Part shown: one piece after another, positions 11,640 through 25,239 of the stretch | How the letters are laid out: each line of letters begins with the position of its first letter | Position numbering within the stretch: the stretch's first letter is position 1 | DNA from: Raillietiella orientalis | Lineage: Eukaryota | Length of the DNA stretch: 64,000 bases | NCBI GenBank assembly: GCA_036172245.1 | Contig: JAYWIR010000011.1 | Span: 3,348,001 to 3,412,000, forward strand | Direction of reading: 5' to 3' | Position numbers and translations under genes: made by a program | The notes under the pieces: model-generated | What the model saw: only the letters and a program-made list of their open reading frames with translations | What the model was told of the DNA's origin: nothing | The model's database searches: none

Positions 11640-14100
11640 AACCTCAGAATCCGCAGTATCCGAAGTGGGTCGGAGGCTCTTTAATTTCAAGTTGATGGTC
11701 TCTAATGAAATCAGGAAGCAATCCTTGGTTTCAAGTTTCCCATCACCAGGCGAGAACTTGTTTACGGAGTGCTCAGCCTGTGGAAGGTGGTGTCTTAGGC
11801 ATCCGCGTTGACTCGCGGGAGCTTGAGTAGGACGGTGAGAAATTCTGGATACGGGTTTCCAGCAGGAACATCATCTCCCAAGTATGTCTTTTGTTTTGTT
11901 TAAAAGGAAAAACTCTTGCGATATTCTTGAAGCTGCTGGTTTACTGTCGACCTTTTCCATAACTGATTTCTCCATGATCTCCCTCACAGTGGAATTCGTT
12001 CGGAAATAACAACTCAGATCACTTCTCGACCTTGGCGCTTCTTGAAAGATGCTGATTGCTGTTTGATTCGCTAGCCTGCAGTGTTGTTGCCACCTTCTTC
12101 CCATGCCTTGATCGACCTGGAGCTGCGCTCCCCCTCTATGGTTCCTTGGTTTCTTGAATTCGGAAAAGTTTTTCCCCCGCCATCCTGCATTTTTGCAACA
12201 GGAGCAGCCGAACTCCTTTTCTCCCGGTTTTTTGTTCGTAACGGAAAGGTTGGAGGAACGGTGGCAGAGATTTCCCTCCGGCAGTCGACGCCGCATCCCA
12301 GGTTTTCGCAACAGGTCGCACTGCTTTATTCGTGGTTGCACTGTGCTCCGTTGGTGACTTTTGAGCGGTGCTTAAAAAAAAAGTGGTGGATGTTTTGTGA
12401 AAGAAGTCGGTAGGGACTCAGGAGCTGATAGCGGGGCACTCCCAAGTGATTATTCTGGGGTCATAATCCCCAAGGCTTTTGAGGAAGGACTTCGAATGCC
12501 GTGAACTCCATTGGATGCTCCGGATCTTTTGGACACGAAGGGATGGGCGTCCTTATCACCCTCCCATCCTTGACTTGGTGCTGTCCTCGCTACTCTTCCG
12601 ACTCTCCTCAAGATCTGCAGCATCCGCGACGGTTTCCAGCTGTACCGCGAGTTCTTCGCCATGTGCACGATCGATGGAGGCGATGCAGAAGGAGAGAACC
12701 CAAAGCGCGACGCCGGTGGGGAGGAAGGGAGCGAAAGAAATCGGCTGGTGCAAGAAGAACGCCCACGGAATTCTTCACCCAGGAGTTGGCCTCCGACGCA
12801 AGAGCGCCGCCGCTTCTGGGACCAAACGCTCCGGACCTCTGCGTTGAGGCGATGGGTAGAGATGAAAAATGCGCACCTCCGCCTCCGCTCTGGACCGGGG
12901 GTGCGCCGAACGCGCTTTTGCCTCTACTGAATGCTTGCCACGGTCCCCGATCACGTCTTGGTGATTTATCGGCTTCAAGGAAGAATGCGCGGCGGGGCGG
13001 TGAACCAATGGGAAGAGAGCGTGGGAACACGCGAGCTCCTCTGGAACACCCCCGGGAGCCATCCGCGGTGGTAGTGCTGCTCTCTTCACGCGAAATGCGA
13101 GGAGGTCCTCGTGCCACTTCGGGCCGGGTCGGTAGCGCATCCATCCCGCTTCGCCCGCGTGCCTCCCTCACCCCCTCTGGCCCGCGAAGAACCTCACCCG
13201 AGTTTGCCTCTCCCAGCGCACCTCGGCGGTCCCTGTGATTTTGTCGAAGCGGGGACGGGAGAGGGGGGGAGAAGGGGGCACAAGGAGAGGACGGGAGGAT
13301 TTCCTTCTGCTCTCGCGGTCTCTGCTGCCGGTTTCCGCTCCCCCTCCCCCCCCAAGCAAAATGTTTGCCCGGTGTCAATATTTGGGTGTGCGATTGGGAG
13401 GAAAGGGACTGCGTTTTTAGTTGAGCAAATAAGGGCGACCTTAATTAGGGGTTGATCGACAGCTCGTAAGCAGGGAATGACGCAGATCGGCTGGGAAGGC
13501 GATCGCGCCTTCTTTCCGGTCCACCTTTCGGACCTCCTGCCCACGGGTTTTCTCTGCAGCCGCCTCTGGCGGTGGCGCTGCTGCTACTTCCTCGACTCGG
13601 GCACGGAGAACCGGCCACTAAGCCAGCCGCCGCAACCTCGCCGGACGGGGGGAGTATCCCTCCTCCGGAAGGAGGGTAGCGGAGCCGGCAGGCGGTTTCC
13701 ATGGCAAGGAGGGGGAGCGCGCCTTCTCTTCCCCTCTGCCCCCATCTACGCGGGTTGGGTGCCGACCGCGCCTCCCGTGACCTCGTCCGCGGGTACGTGC
13801 AAACGGAGGGAGAAGGAGGAGGGTTCCTTCCGGAAGGGGCGCGCGCGTGTCACGAGACTTTTTCCAGTCAACAGGTAAAACCCCCGAGTCACTCCGTCCA
13901 GAGACCTCCAAACCGACTGGCCAGCCCCTCTTCCCTGGCCCTTCTTCCCTCAGTTCCCGGAAGAGGCCTCCTCCTCCAGGAGGCACCCGTGAGGCTCCGG
14001 GAAGAGTAGGAGCGGCTCGGACGAGTCCCCCTGATGAAGGCTTCCTTCGGGCACCAGGAGTCTCCGCCTGTGAGATGCGTTGCCTAGACTGGCGGAAGGA
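11640..14100 (-). mobile_element. Decayed L1-type LINE, ORF1 to start of RT, 3' part missing
   Basis: Knuckle-like 'QTFCLGG' (~13365), 'WEGDKDAH' (GDFN-like, ~12560), 'KFSPGDGKL' (KSPGxDG-like, ~11750). Confidence 0.55.
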
Positions 14101-14149
14101 CCACTGAGGGGGGGGCTCCCCCCAGGAAGCCGACAACAAAAATAGGGGA

Positions 14150-17100
14150 AGGACGCGATCGTCCTGGTTGGCGTGCGGCTGGGCGGCTCATAGCCGGTCA
14201 TTCCGGGGGAAGCACGTGCTCTCCAGGCCCTCCGGATGGTGACTCTGGAGGATTGTTCCTGAGGACAGAGCTGGTGCACCGAGCCCGCGGACGGCCCGGA
14301 GGCACGCAGTGCCGTCTCGGAACGAGGCGATGCGAGGGATCCGCCTACTCTCTTGGCGCGGACCGCCTCCCACGGCTTTCAGAGAGGCCGAGCTGAGGTG
14401 GGTCAGGAAGAGGGGAGGGGGAGAGGCAGAGGCACTTCTATCCCGCTTCCGCGGGGTGGCTGATCCTCCTTACAGAAGCGGGGAAAGGGCGAGGAAGTGC
14501 ACGAAGGGCTCCTCCCTAAGGGACGTGGGGAGGGAAAGCGGGTACGTCTCGGCGCGGCGCACGGGCGGGATGTGCGCTCAAAGGGAGCTGCTAAGGGCAG
14601 GGTGGGCCCTCTCACCCCGTTCCTGCATTCTGGCGCAACTGAGGGGCGGAGAGTGTGGAGAAAAAGCAGCTCGGCGGACCGCCAGCCGGCCCCGTCTGCA
14701 GCGACCCCACTGCCTTCCGAGGAGCCGTTGGCAGTGGGCAGTGGTCCTCCACGCCGCTCGGATTCCAATCCCTCCCCCTGTCCCCTTCGTGAGCGCAGCT
14801 GGGGTTTCTCGAATGGCTCAGCTCTGCGGTCGCCAGGAAGAGAGTGGGGTCGCTCCAGGAGAGTCAAGCAGGAGGGATCGGTGGGGGAGAGGAGGAAAGG
14901 GCGCTCTGCTGAACCCGCCGGGCGCGGCTAGGTCGTTCTCCTTGCTCCCTCCTCCCGTCGTTCGCTCTTCCTCCAACACTCCCGGCGAGAAGAGGGGGAG
15001 CGTCGGCGACACTCGTGACCCCCGACGTCGCGGAGCCTTCCAGGGAGCGGAGGAGAGAGAAGGGAGGCGGCCGACGGGGAGCGGCCTCCATCCCTAATTT
15101 ACCACCCAAAACTTTCACGCGGGTTCCATCTCATTACCAAGTTAGGCAGGACTGCGTGGGACGAAAGGAGTGGTCCTGTTAGCGCGATGGGGGGTAGGGA
15201 AAAGCAGCTCGGCTGCCCCGCATGCAGCCCCACGTGGCTCCCTGCTGGTCAAGGGAGCTCCCACTCTTCCGCGTTATTCTCCCTCTGGGGGAAGTGTACC
15301 TTTCCTTCCCTCCTCCTCCCCCTTCATGCCCACCCACCTCCTTCTCACCTCCCGCGCCCGCGCTTCCTCGGGGAGACTGGATCGGCCGCTCGTTCTCGGA
15401 GAGCCGACGACGACGACAGAAGTCCCGGCAAGGTGCATGGAGCACTGTGGGTGGGGGCGACAGTCCCCACGGACCTCTGCACACCCCTCTTCCCCCCGCA
15501 CCTAGTGCTTCCGCATGCCCTCACGGGAGATGAAACTCCGGCCGGGCTGTCCCCGGCGATCGGCCGCCTCTTCCTACTTTCCCCCCCGCTTCTGCACCGT
15601 CGGGCCGGCCCGCTGTACCCACGGTCTCAAAGGACCACTCCCCCATCTTTTTTCGACCCCTGGAAGCCCTCAGGAGCTTCTCCGCTCCCAGAGGGACGCT
15701 CCACCGCCCGATACGGGCCGGGATTCGCCGGCACCGCGAGGCAGGGGCGGAGCCTCCAGCGGCCCCGCCCCTTAGACGGGGTTTTCGCAGTTCTGCCGCT
15801 GAATCCCGGAGAGGAAGAGAGTCTTCCCTATCCCACGTCCCGGCGAGCGTTCTCCACCGGAACACGAGAACCGGCAATCACTAGCTTCCTCTTCTTCCCT
15901 TCCTTCCCACCACCTCCTCCTCCTCTTCCCTTCCACCACCATCCCTCCTTAATGTCCCGCTCCCCTCGCACAGGGGCCCCAAGGGGAGCTACGCCCTAGG
16001 GAAAGCCGTTGGGAAGGGGTACGTGCGAACGATCCAGAGCAGCAAAGGGGCGGAGGGAGAAGAAAGGAAGGAAAAGGCGGAACGAGGACGCGTTGCCTCC
16101 CCCTGCTGCCGCGCGCTGAAGCGGGGGCGCGGAGGCTGCTCCCAGCTGCGTGCTCCCCGCGCTTTCCCCGGGACTGCCACCACCCGCCCTCCTGAAAGCG
16201 GGATGCTGTTCTGCGGGCTAATATTTGCCTTCCCGCCGCTCTCCATCTTGGAGTACGGGCGGGGTAGCCAAGCCGCCGCGGGACTCGCGGGGGGAAGGGA
16301 GAGCGCCGGGCTAGGCAGAGCGAGCGCGAGTCCCCGCCTCTTCCTTTCTCCAGGAGGGGAGGGAACAACAGAGAGAAGGAGGGGGGACGGCGTTCGAACA
16401 GCGGCAGCCCGGGTTTTTCCCTGGACGCTCCAGTAGGCAGGGAAACAGCTCGTCCATCGGTGAGGAGCAGCCCCCGACCCAGGAAGGGGGAGAGGGGGGA
16501 ATTCCGCTCCCGGTGGGGTTGTCACTCGACATACCTCCCGGCCACCCCGAAGGCGGGGAGCGAGGAGGAGGCCTGCGGTTCGCTCCGAGTGGGTTCGCGC
16601 CGCCCGGTCTTCCCGTGCTCTCAGGACGGTGACGCGTTCCTTCGGGCGCAATTCCTCCTGCTCGGGATCTCGGAACGAGGAGCCCTTCGCCATTCTCCAG
16701 AAAGCGGCGGGAAGAGAAGGGAGGGGCGGTGATCCGCGAAACGTCCTTCCCGGGGCCCACGGATCGCGGTTAGTGGGGAGAGGGGACAGTGAAGGGGAGG
16801 ACGCCTCCGAGGAGCGTTCCCGTGAAACAGTGCGGGCTTCCTGGAGACGCGTACGCCTCCCGTGTTGTTCTCCATGAGACCGCGACGAACGACCGGCAAG
16901 CGCGCAAGGTGGTTGCGCTCGCGAGCAGCCTGGGTGCTGCTGCCGGCGAGCGAGCGCTGCGCAGGCGCGACGGTGCCGTGTCTGGTGGAGTCTCAGGGCA
17001 GAGCCGCTCACTCTGAGCTGACGTCACTCCCTCTACAGGAGCATGCGCTTGTCTGCGCTTTCCCCTGCTAGTCGCACCCTTCCCGGAGGTGCGAGCGAAC

Positions 17101-19600
17101 CACTCCGGCGCCAACGGAACGTTCGAGGAGCCCCGAACACCCACCGCCTCCTTTGGGCGAGATGCGGCGAAAGGAGGCAGGCGCGTTCCCAGCCTTCCCT
17201 GTCCGACAGCTCCTTCTCGAGCGGAGGGCTCGCACGGAAGCTGCGCGGGCAAAGGGCCAGCGCCAAGGAGGGGCATCGCCGGAAACGACTTTTCTCGGGT
17301 ATTCTCCTGGATCTCTCTGAGGTAATCCCCGGGTGGGATCTCCCAGTTCCCAGGGAGAAGTTCCAAGGACGGCTCGCGACTCCGCCGGAAGAATCCAGAC
17401 CTCCGGCGCTTTTGTCACCACCCCTGCACCGCACGCTCTCGTTTCCGGGGTCCGGGAGGGCGTCAACCAGCCACGGATGGACTCCTGGAAATGAGCCAGC
17501 CGGTGGAGCCCCCCTGTGGGGTCCGGAGCCTCGTGGTGAATTCGGGCGCTCGCTCGCGGGGAGGGGTGAGAGGAGGGGGGGGGTAATGGAGAAAAGGGAG
17601 GTTTCCACACCCTCTTCGCGGGGTTCGTACCGCCCGACGCTAGGGCGACTTGAGGCGCCGAGAGCGACGGCGGGCACTGTCGCACCTCCATGCACGGGCT
17701 AGAGTGAGGAGCGGGGGTGTCCGCGAGTGGCGCCCGCCGCAGAGAGGGATGGAAGGGAGAGACATTCGCGCCGCTCCCGCGTACCACTCGAAGATTTCCC
17801 TCGGACTGCTTTCCCTGAAAGCAGGAAACCCCTTGTCTCTCGTGAATGGAGGGAGTGGGAAGGAGAGAGGGCAGCAGCCTCTCTTGGCTTTGGGTAGGCA
17901 GCTAAGGTTTCAGTGGCTGGAGAGAGAGGAACCCCCCATCCGTAATTGCTTGGAGCCAATTCCCAATGGGGGTCGTCCTCGAAAACCTCGGCTTCCTCCG
18001 CTTGTGCTCTTCCCTTTCCGGTGCGAAAGATGACAGGGGCGTACCTCGGGTCACTCTCCTTTCCCAAAGGACCGCTTCTGAGTATTTGAAGGATTCATGA
18101 CGCACTTCTCCTTGACTCCTTGAGTGACCTCTATAGGCTCACCGCAAAACATCCTGGCTACCCTTTTGCACACCCGGCATCCCGGCATGAGACCGTCTTT
18201 CTTGCAAGGGCAGGAAGATTTCCAGCTTCCAGAGAAATGTTCGACCCTTCTTTGCCAGAAGTCGAGCTGCCCCTTGTCCTCCTGGGCACTTTTCTTAGGC
18301 GGGAGTCCCGGGAGAAAAGAGTATGCGCTGCTGCGAGGAGAGGGAAAAAGAAGGGACGGGATTTACCTCTTCCAGATCTTCCAATCCTTCCGAGAATCCT
18401 CCTCCGTTCCCGCTGGGGAAAAAAATTTCCCTGTCCCCTCGACTCGTTGGGGTGCTCATCCTGGCCAATCAGAAACTCCTGAAGAGGCCAAGGATGATAT
18501 TCCTGGATTTCCTGTTTCCCTCCTCTGGAAGAGTGCCGCTCCCATCGGGGAGTCCTCTGGGAGAGGAGGATTTTCGCGCGTAGCATCCTAAATTCTCGCA
18601 AGTCGACGCTTGGGGGGACCTGCAGGAGATGCATCTATCTTTCAGGATAAAAACGAGAAGGATTAGACAGCTTCCAGTATGGAGGGCATGCCAGTATGCG
18701 GTTTGCATTCACAAGGGGAGGGACTTGATGTGTCTTTGCGTTTCGGACGGCACGCAGACGGCTTCGCTCCCAAACCTCACCCAAGAACTTCCTCCTCCTT
18801 CAGGAGCGAAGCTGGGAGGGAAAAAGAGGAGGGAAACTGTTTTTTTTGGCGTGTTTCAGCGGCGAAGAACCTGTCGCTCCCTCGCGAGTGGGAAGACTTT
18901 TCTGAAAAATCGATCGCGCTGGGTAGGGCCGTCTTGGGGAGCTGGAACTAAGCTCTCTTGGAACGACAAAGGTTTCCATCTCTCTCTCTTTGTTGGAGCT
19001 GTGAAGAGAGGGAGAGGGAGGAATAGGATGAGGCTCGATCCACTATTTCGGATAAAGAGGGAACGGGAACACGGCGCGCTCGCAAGTGAGTGATTTAGCA
19101 CCGCAGGGAAAACCGAAGATTCTTAGAGGGAACGGTGGCAGGGAATGAGCAAGGTAGCGGTCATCCTAGCGAAAGTAGGGGAAATAAATGGGGAAGGCGA
19201 AGAGCGCTCAGTCTTTCCTCAGAGAGGACTCTCCCCGAGAACAGATGGATTGTTTTGCGGGAGTGGCGCATTTCTTTTTCCTTTTTTCCTTTCCTCTTCG
19301 TCCTTTCGATATGCGGGTAGCACTGTGGATCAGGAAGTCTGCCGCCTTTCCTCTGACAGCTGTGGCATTGTTGGAGGAAATTCCTGCTGAGGAGACAATG
19401 AAAAGCTTTCGAACTTCCGCGTGCGGAAGAGCAAAGCTGCTGTGCTCCTCCCCCTTCCTTCGGAACGGCACTCCATTGTTGCGGGCGGGCCGCGAGACGG
19501 CCGAGGCGTGCACTCGCGTTGTACTTACGCACCTGCACACCCCATTTTCACACACGCGCGCGCATCGTTTATGCCCATCCAAAGCCTGTTTTCTCGAACG
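14150..19600 (+). mobile_element. Near full-length decayed L1-type LINE
   Basis: ORF1 'WRGPPPTAFREAEL' (~14355), 'VLPGAHG' (~16745), 'ILLDLSEV' (~17300), 'KKKGRDLPLPDL...LLRSRW' (~18345), zf-RVT-like 'EETMKSFRTSAC' (~19390). Order and spacing fit L1. Confidence 0.7.
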
Positions 19601-19754
19601 AGCGCGCCTCCTTCCTTTTGTTTCCACCCCCCTCCTCCTCGGCTTCCTGGAATGATTGTGCGTGTTTAAAATCGTCTTTGTGAGCCAGAAAGCACAGTAC
19701 GTAAGTAGCATGCAGTGCGCGATGCTGCTGCTGCTGCACACGACGAACAAACAG

Positions 19755-19798
19755 CTCGCATTCCGGGATTGAAAGAACCTCTTTCGCTGATCTCAGGG
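19755..19798 (+). CDS. Gene B candidate internal exon (SHSGIERTSFADLR); acceptor could instead be at 19715
   Basis: aaacag| acceptor, G|gttggt donor followed by a T run. Phase 2 in and phase 1 out fit the flanking candidates; sits between two LINEs. Confidence 0.3.
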
Positions 19799-19949
19799 GT
19801 TGGTTTTTTTTTTCCCCTGTTTGGTGTGCCGCCTGAAGGGGAAATCGCTTGTACGTCAATCACGATCATAAGGAGGGGACTTGTCGGTTTAGGGGTCGCC
19901 CTTGTTTGCGTGCATTTTAAGCCGTCGCCATCTTCATCGGCTCCCGTTT

Positions 19950-21850
19950 CTTTCTTCTCGGGAAGGGGGGGATTTTCGTGCTGGAGGAACGCGGAAAGGT
20001 CGGATCACGAGCGTTTTCTCACTCTCTGAAAGGCGACCAGCGTTCAGGAAGCATCCCTGAGCTGCAGGGAACCTCTGTGTTGTCCTGAAATTTCTCTCTG
20101 GAGAAGGGCACGCACGGTGCGGCGCGGGAAGAGCATCTAATTGCCGAGGGAGCTGCGAGATGTTCCTGTGCCCCTCGCTTCGGCCTTCCGCGTTATTGAA
20201 GGAATCCGGTTTCCTGAGGCGGGATGCTGGATCCTTCCTTCCTCTTTTTGCGGAATCGATGCACGGGGTGAGCGAACTTTCTGGAGCATCAGTTGTCGAC
20301 AGGAATCCAGGAACCCTTGCCGTGGACGTAAACGCACACTCCCGAGCTCCTGGAGACCCCTCTAGACGAGCACAGCGTGCCGCTCCTTTGCGAAAATCCA
20401 GCGATGGTGCAAGAGCGCCAGCTTTACCCGGGTCCCGGAGCCATCTTCAGGGAGAGAAAAGAACCACCTCTTTCTCCCTTCACCACGCAAAGCCCAAGGA
20501 TGAGAAGAGAGAAAGCAGCGCTTCCTGCGGGCGGAGTCCCTCGCGTGGCTGCACCGCCCTCTCCCTCCCCGTCCGGAGAGCAGCAGTCGAGAACCCGCGG
20601 GTGCGGCAGCGACCCCGTATCGAGCGGAAGGTGGCGCTGCCCTCCCACTTCCACTTTCGCGCCCGCACCTGCGTCGGAATTGGCGGGGGGAAGGGGGAGG
20701 GGAAGGAAAATTTCGGCGCACCCGACGAACAGCGCGCGTCGGGACGCTCACGCCCACTCCTTTCCCTCCCGCGGGGCGGCTCCGCTAGACGAAACTCTCG
20801 CTGGCGCCTGGTGCCGCGCGGCACCCGTGCGGAGTCGTCCCGAACGGGAGAGCGCTTTGCGATTCGATGCCTCTCCCCATTAAGGTGAATCGCCTCCCCC
20901 TCCCCCTCTTCCGTGGAGCTCTCCGCCCTCGTCTCTCCCTCGAACTGTAATTTCATTTGTGTAAACAAATTGCGTCACTCCCTCAGCTTCTCGCGAATTC
21001 CCGGAGGATTCCCTTTGTCAACACGTCGGCCGAAGAAGCAAACAGCAGCAGCGGCAGTTCCGGCAGCTCTTTCGATCAGGGCTGACGGCAGATCCGCATT
21101 TTCGGATTAGGGGGACTCGGTCCGCCCCTATGGACGCCACGCGCTCGCGGCGCGACAGACAGGAGTCGGGTGCGAGCGCGCGCCCGGTGAAGCCGGGGAA
21201 GGGGGGGCGGTCGGGCGGACTTTGGGACCCTCAGGAGACGCGCGCATTCCGGTGCTCCCGCCTCTCCCTCGCCGGGGCACCTGTCGGCACCGACCCGGAG
21301 GAAATCCTGACGCGAGCAGAGCGTACACGGGAGAAGCGTGGGAAACGCGCGATCTGCGCAGCAGCAGCAGCAGCTTCATCGAGAGAGGAGGGCTTCTGAG
21401 GCGTTCCCTCCATCCTCGCACTTCGGCGCGTGTCCATGCCGACCGGTGATCGCAAGACGCCTTTCTCCCTCCCCCCACTCTACCGGAGGACAGGGAACGA
21501 GAGAGCTAGACGCTCGGTGCCCTCGCAGCCGAGGAGCAGCTCTACCTGTGCCCCCGGGAAACGGGGGACCATAGAAAGCTCTTCTCTCGCGCGCCCGCTC
21601 CCCCTTCTGTGAAGATGGTGCTTGCAGGGACGCCGACGGGAGGGCACCCCTGCCTTCCCATGGCTTTGAGAAAGAGGAAAGCGGCCCGTTCTGCTCGCAT
21701 CGGGCAGCTGCCAGACCCCTTCCAAAGACTGGGCTCTTTCGTTGCTTGCCTCCTGGCCCGCGAAACTGTAGCTTTCCCTTTTGCTCCCGGTTGCCGGGAC
21801 GACGCAGCGGGTGCGCGCTCACTCGCGCCGCAGCCGCCGCCGGCGCCGGC
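19950..21850 (-). mobile_element. Decayed LINE, endonuclease to early RT
   Basis: 'AAFLFLKA' (~21680), 'AFYGP' (~21575), 'LQELGS..HGK/VPG' (~20350-20310). Confidence 0.55.
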
Positions 21851-22015
21851 GCGTCGACGCGGCGGCAACACCACCGACCGTGTTAATTGCCGTCGCCGCG
21901 CGCGCCCTGCTCCCGTGATTAATTCGCGCTATCAGCCACTTTGTCAGCGTTCCACTTCAGCATGAGGGAGCCCTCAATCATCCCCTTTTTTTTTTCCGTT
22001 TTTGCATTTCGCCAG

Positions 22016-22057
22016 AGTTCGACGAAGCATCCCTCGGGAATGAAGGAATGAACCGAG
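22016..22057 (+). CDS. Gene B candidate internal exon (EFDEASLGNEGMNR)
   Basis: Strong acceptor tttttccgtttttgcatttcgccag|, donor GAG|gtaggg. Only the phase-1 frame is open; lies in a gap between LINEs. Confidence 0.45.
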
Positions 22058-22099
22058 GTAGGGGGAGGGGAGTCTCGCGAACAGGACGGATCCACCTCT

Positions 22100-25000
22100 T
22101 CCGTCACCCCACCCCCTACCCCTCTTTTCCTCTCTCCTGCTCTGCCCTCCGTCACCAGACTGCCGCAGAATGCGACCGCTCCATCAGCCAGTCCAGGTTC
22201 TCTCCTCCTCACTCCCTCCTTCCCATGGACGCATGAGTGCCATGCCCACCACGCATGCTCGAATACGAGGATGGCTGGGGAGAACTGCGAGGAAAAAATC
22301 TCCCTTCCCCTCCTCCTCCTCCGGCTTCTCAATGGCCCGACCCCAGCATCGGAAGGGGAATCCCAAGCGAGAAGAGAGGTGGGGGGACGTTACGCTCGCA
22401 CTCTCCTTCCCTCTTGGGCAGGCCCCGGCTCTTGGATCCCGCTGCACACTTCCGCTGAGTGGATGGGGCACCCCGAGGAAGACAGGGTGAGCACTCTCAG
22501 ATGCGCGAAGGCGTGCCTTCGGATCCCGAACAGAATGGATGATTCCCTCCCTGCTCCGCGAAACCCAGGCGTGGGGAATCCCAGACCCGGGAGCGCTCCG
22601 GAGCCGCCCCCAGGTGCAGCCTTCCTGATAGGAGCATCTGGCACGTGAGCACGTGGCCTCTGATGGAGTTCGGGAGGGAAGGATGGCCACGGGGTGATAT
22701 GAACCGGAGGACGTGTTTCCACCGGAAATGAAAAGGTGCACCTGCAGTTTCCACCCCTTTGGGGCGGGCGGATGGGGAGGGGCGACAGGGAAAGGGGCTC
22801 CTCCCTCCTCTCTCTCGGAGGTCGACGGGGTCAGATGCTGCGTCTGTTGGAGGCAGTTCGGGCGGCTCCTACCCACGTCCCCGTTCGAGGGAATCCCACC
22901 GGCCCTTCGCGAGGGCAAGGCAAACCATCCGACTCTTCCCTCAAGCGCGTGTTCCCGGCGCCCTCCGCTGCAGCGCCGGTGCCACCCGAACGCGCGCCTC
23001 GTCCGTCCTCCGGGAGCTGCTGTGAGCTCAACCGTTGCGCCGGGCAGGTTCGGGTCAAGACGACGCCAGGGTCGCTGCTGGGCGTACGGAGAGAGTCGCA
23101 GCCGCCCCGCTCCCGGCAGCCGTTCCCGGAGGAACCTCCCGCTGCCCCTAATGTTCCTGGACAGGAATTCCCGGGGTAGGAGTGAAGGGGGTCGCGTCCC
23201 AAACTGGCGACTGGGGAGAGTAAGCGCGCGGCCTACGGAGAAAAGCTGATGGGGGCGGCCGATGACGCTGGTCTCCAGGAGAGCAGTTCGGTCGCGGTCC
23301 GCGCGAGGGCGCAGGGGTGTGTTGTGATCTCAAGCGGAGAGCGGATGCAAGCGGGACCGCGGTCTCCCAGCGCTTGCAGGGAGGACGGGGAGTGGGGAGC
23401 GCAGAAGGGAGGAGATATCTTCGGGGGGCGATGGCCGCCGAAACTCCGCCTTCTGGTTTCGTAAACATCCACTCCTGCCTCCTTTGCTGAGTGGCTCCAT
23501 GTGTCCTTCGTCGGGGGTGGATCTTGCTCTGCATTGATTTCCGGGAGGGAGACTACTACAGGCGATGGGGAAGGGTTCCATCGGAATCCGGCCGGCACGT
23601 GCCGATATCCAGGTAGGACAAGAACCATCTCCATCACGCCGCGTCGTGGACAAACGCCGTCTCTTTGGGCGAAGAGTCCAGCCCGGCCATCCATCCGGCA
23701 TCACCGGTCACATGACTTGGGCATTCACAGCAGAGACGAAGGAAGGACTCTAAGAACAGTTCCAACCCTCTGCCCCTACCCCTTTCTCCCTTACACGGAA
23801 GCCTAGGACAGCACCGACTTGCTCCAGTGCATCCGAGCTCCATATTCGCAGAGCAGCGAGTGACCCGCTGCCCAGGAAAGCGAGGAGGGATCCAAGAAAA
23901 CGGACCGGTCTTCCGCGGGACGCTCTGGTGCACCTGGGGTTCCCAGTCGCGCGGTGGAAACATAGCGGGATGCGGGAGCAGGACCTACCCGAGTGGAAAG
24001 GAGGGGCGAGCGAGCTCTCCCGGATGAGGGGAGCGCTCCCCTTGCGTAGGGCCATCCGGGGGAGGAAAGGATCGAGCCACCGGGATGCTGGAGGAGGGGG
24101 AACCCCTGTGTGCGTCCCTCGCACTCCACAAGAGAGGGCGATAGCTGGCAGCTCCGGAGGGTAGCAGAAACCTCCTTCCCTCTCCCCTTCCTCCATCCTT
24201 TCTCCCTTTGCGGGATTTTCGTCCCCGAGCTGAATCTGCGAAGCTCCTCGCTCTCCGAGGAGAGAGGTGTTCACTTCTCAGTAGGCACTTCTTCCTCTCG
24301 AAGGAAGCCTTCGTTCCCGGGAGCGGTTGCGGTCCTTCCGCGAAGGGGGGATGGGGACAGCGTCTCCGACGCATTCGAGGATCCTACGGAGAGCGGCACA
24401 TCAACACCCTGCGCGCGGGAAGGGACAAAAAGAGAGGGGGAAGTTTCGCCGGCTGCGATCCCAACGCCTTCCGTATCCTCGACGACGGCGACATGACGTA
24501 CGCCCCCAGATTCCTCGCGGTTGTGTTACGTCAGGATCGCTGGAAAAGATGCGCACTGCGCCTCCTTTCCCTCGCTCTTCCGACCGGAGCGGCGACATCA
24601 GCGGCGCGTCATCACGCAACGAGCTGGTGGCTAGGTGTGGAGGCGGCGACACGCGACGGTATCCATCGAGAATACCTTTTTTTTTCCCCCGCTTCTACGG
24701 CTTCAGCCAGAGCTTCCCTCACACCCACTTGAGGATGGCTGGTCCAGGCCCAGCGAGCGCTGACCTCATCTGCCTTTCCCATATGGCCATCTCCTTCCGA
24801 CCTCGCGTCCTCCAGGCTTGCCCTTGCATTCACCAGCCCTTGCTCAAGGAGGAAGAGGCTTAGCGCTTTCCCAAAAACCCTTGGCTCGTGGGAATGGCGG
24901 TCGTTGGACCTTCGAAGTCTCACCGATGGGCAGGCATGTGTTCTCTTTCTTCCCGGACCGGAGAACAGCAGTTGGCTGGGTGCAGATTTGCCCTAGTCTA

Positions 25001-25235
25001 TTGCGGCCTCCAACTTCTCGTGTCGCTTCGAATCTTTACCCACGCCGGAGGCTCCAGGTACTCCTCCTCCTCCAACATTATCACTGGGTCGATATCCACC
25101 TGAGCCGTTGTGGGGACTCCCAAACGGAGATTTGCCGAGTGCTCGCGGAGAGACAGACGTGCGATTCAGAAACGCTCGACGTCTCCAGATGAAGAGAGAC
25201 GGTCCAGAGCTTCGGACAATTCAGCTCCGTCTTCC
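22100..25235 (-). mobile_element. Decayed L1-type LINE, RT to 3' end
   Basis: 'AELSEALDRL' (~25225), 'RSWRP' (~25012), 'SQGFLGKR' (~24880), 'MGKADEV' (~24775), 'GGVRH/MSP' (~24500), 'PFAE' (~24340), 'SGTKI' (~24225), 'GHVLTC' (~22650). Confidence 0.75.
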
Positions 25236-25239
25236 TCTT

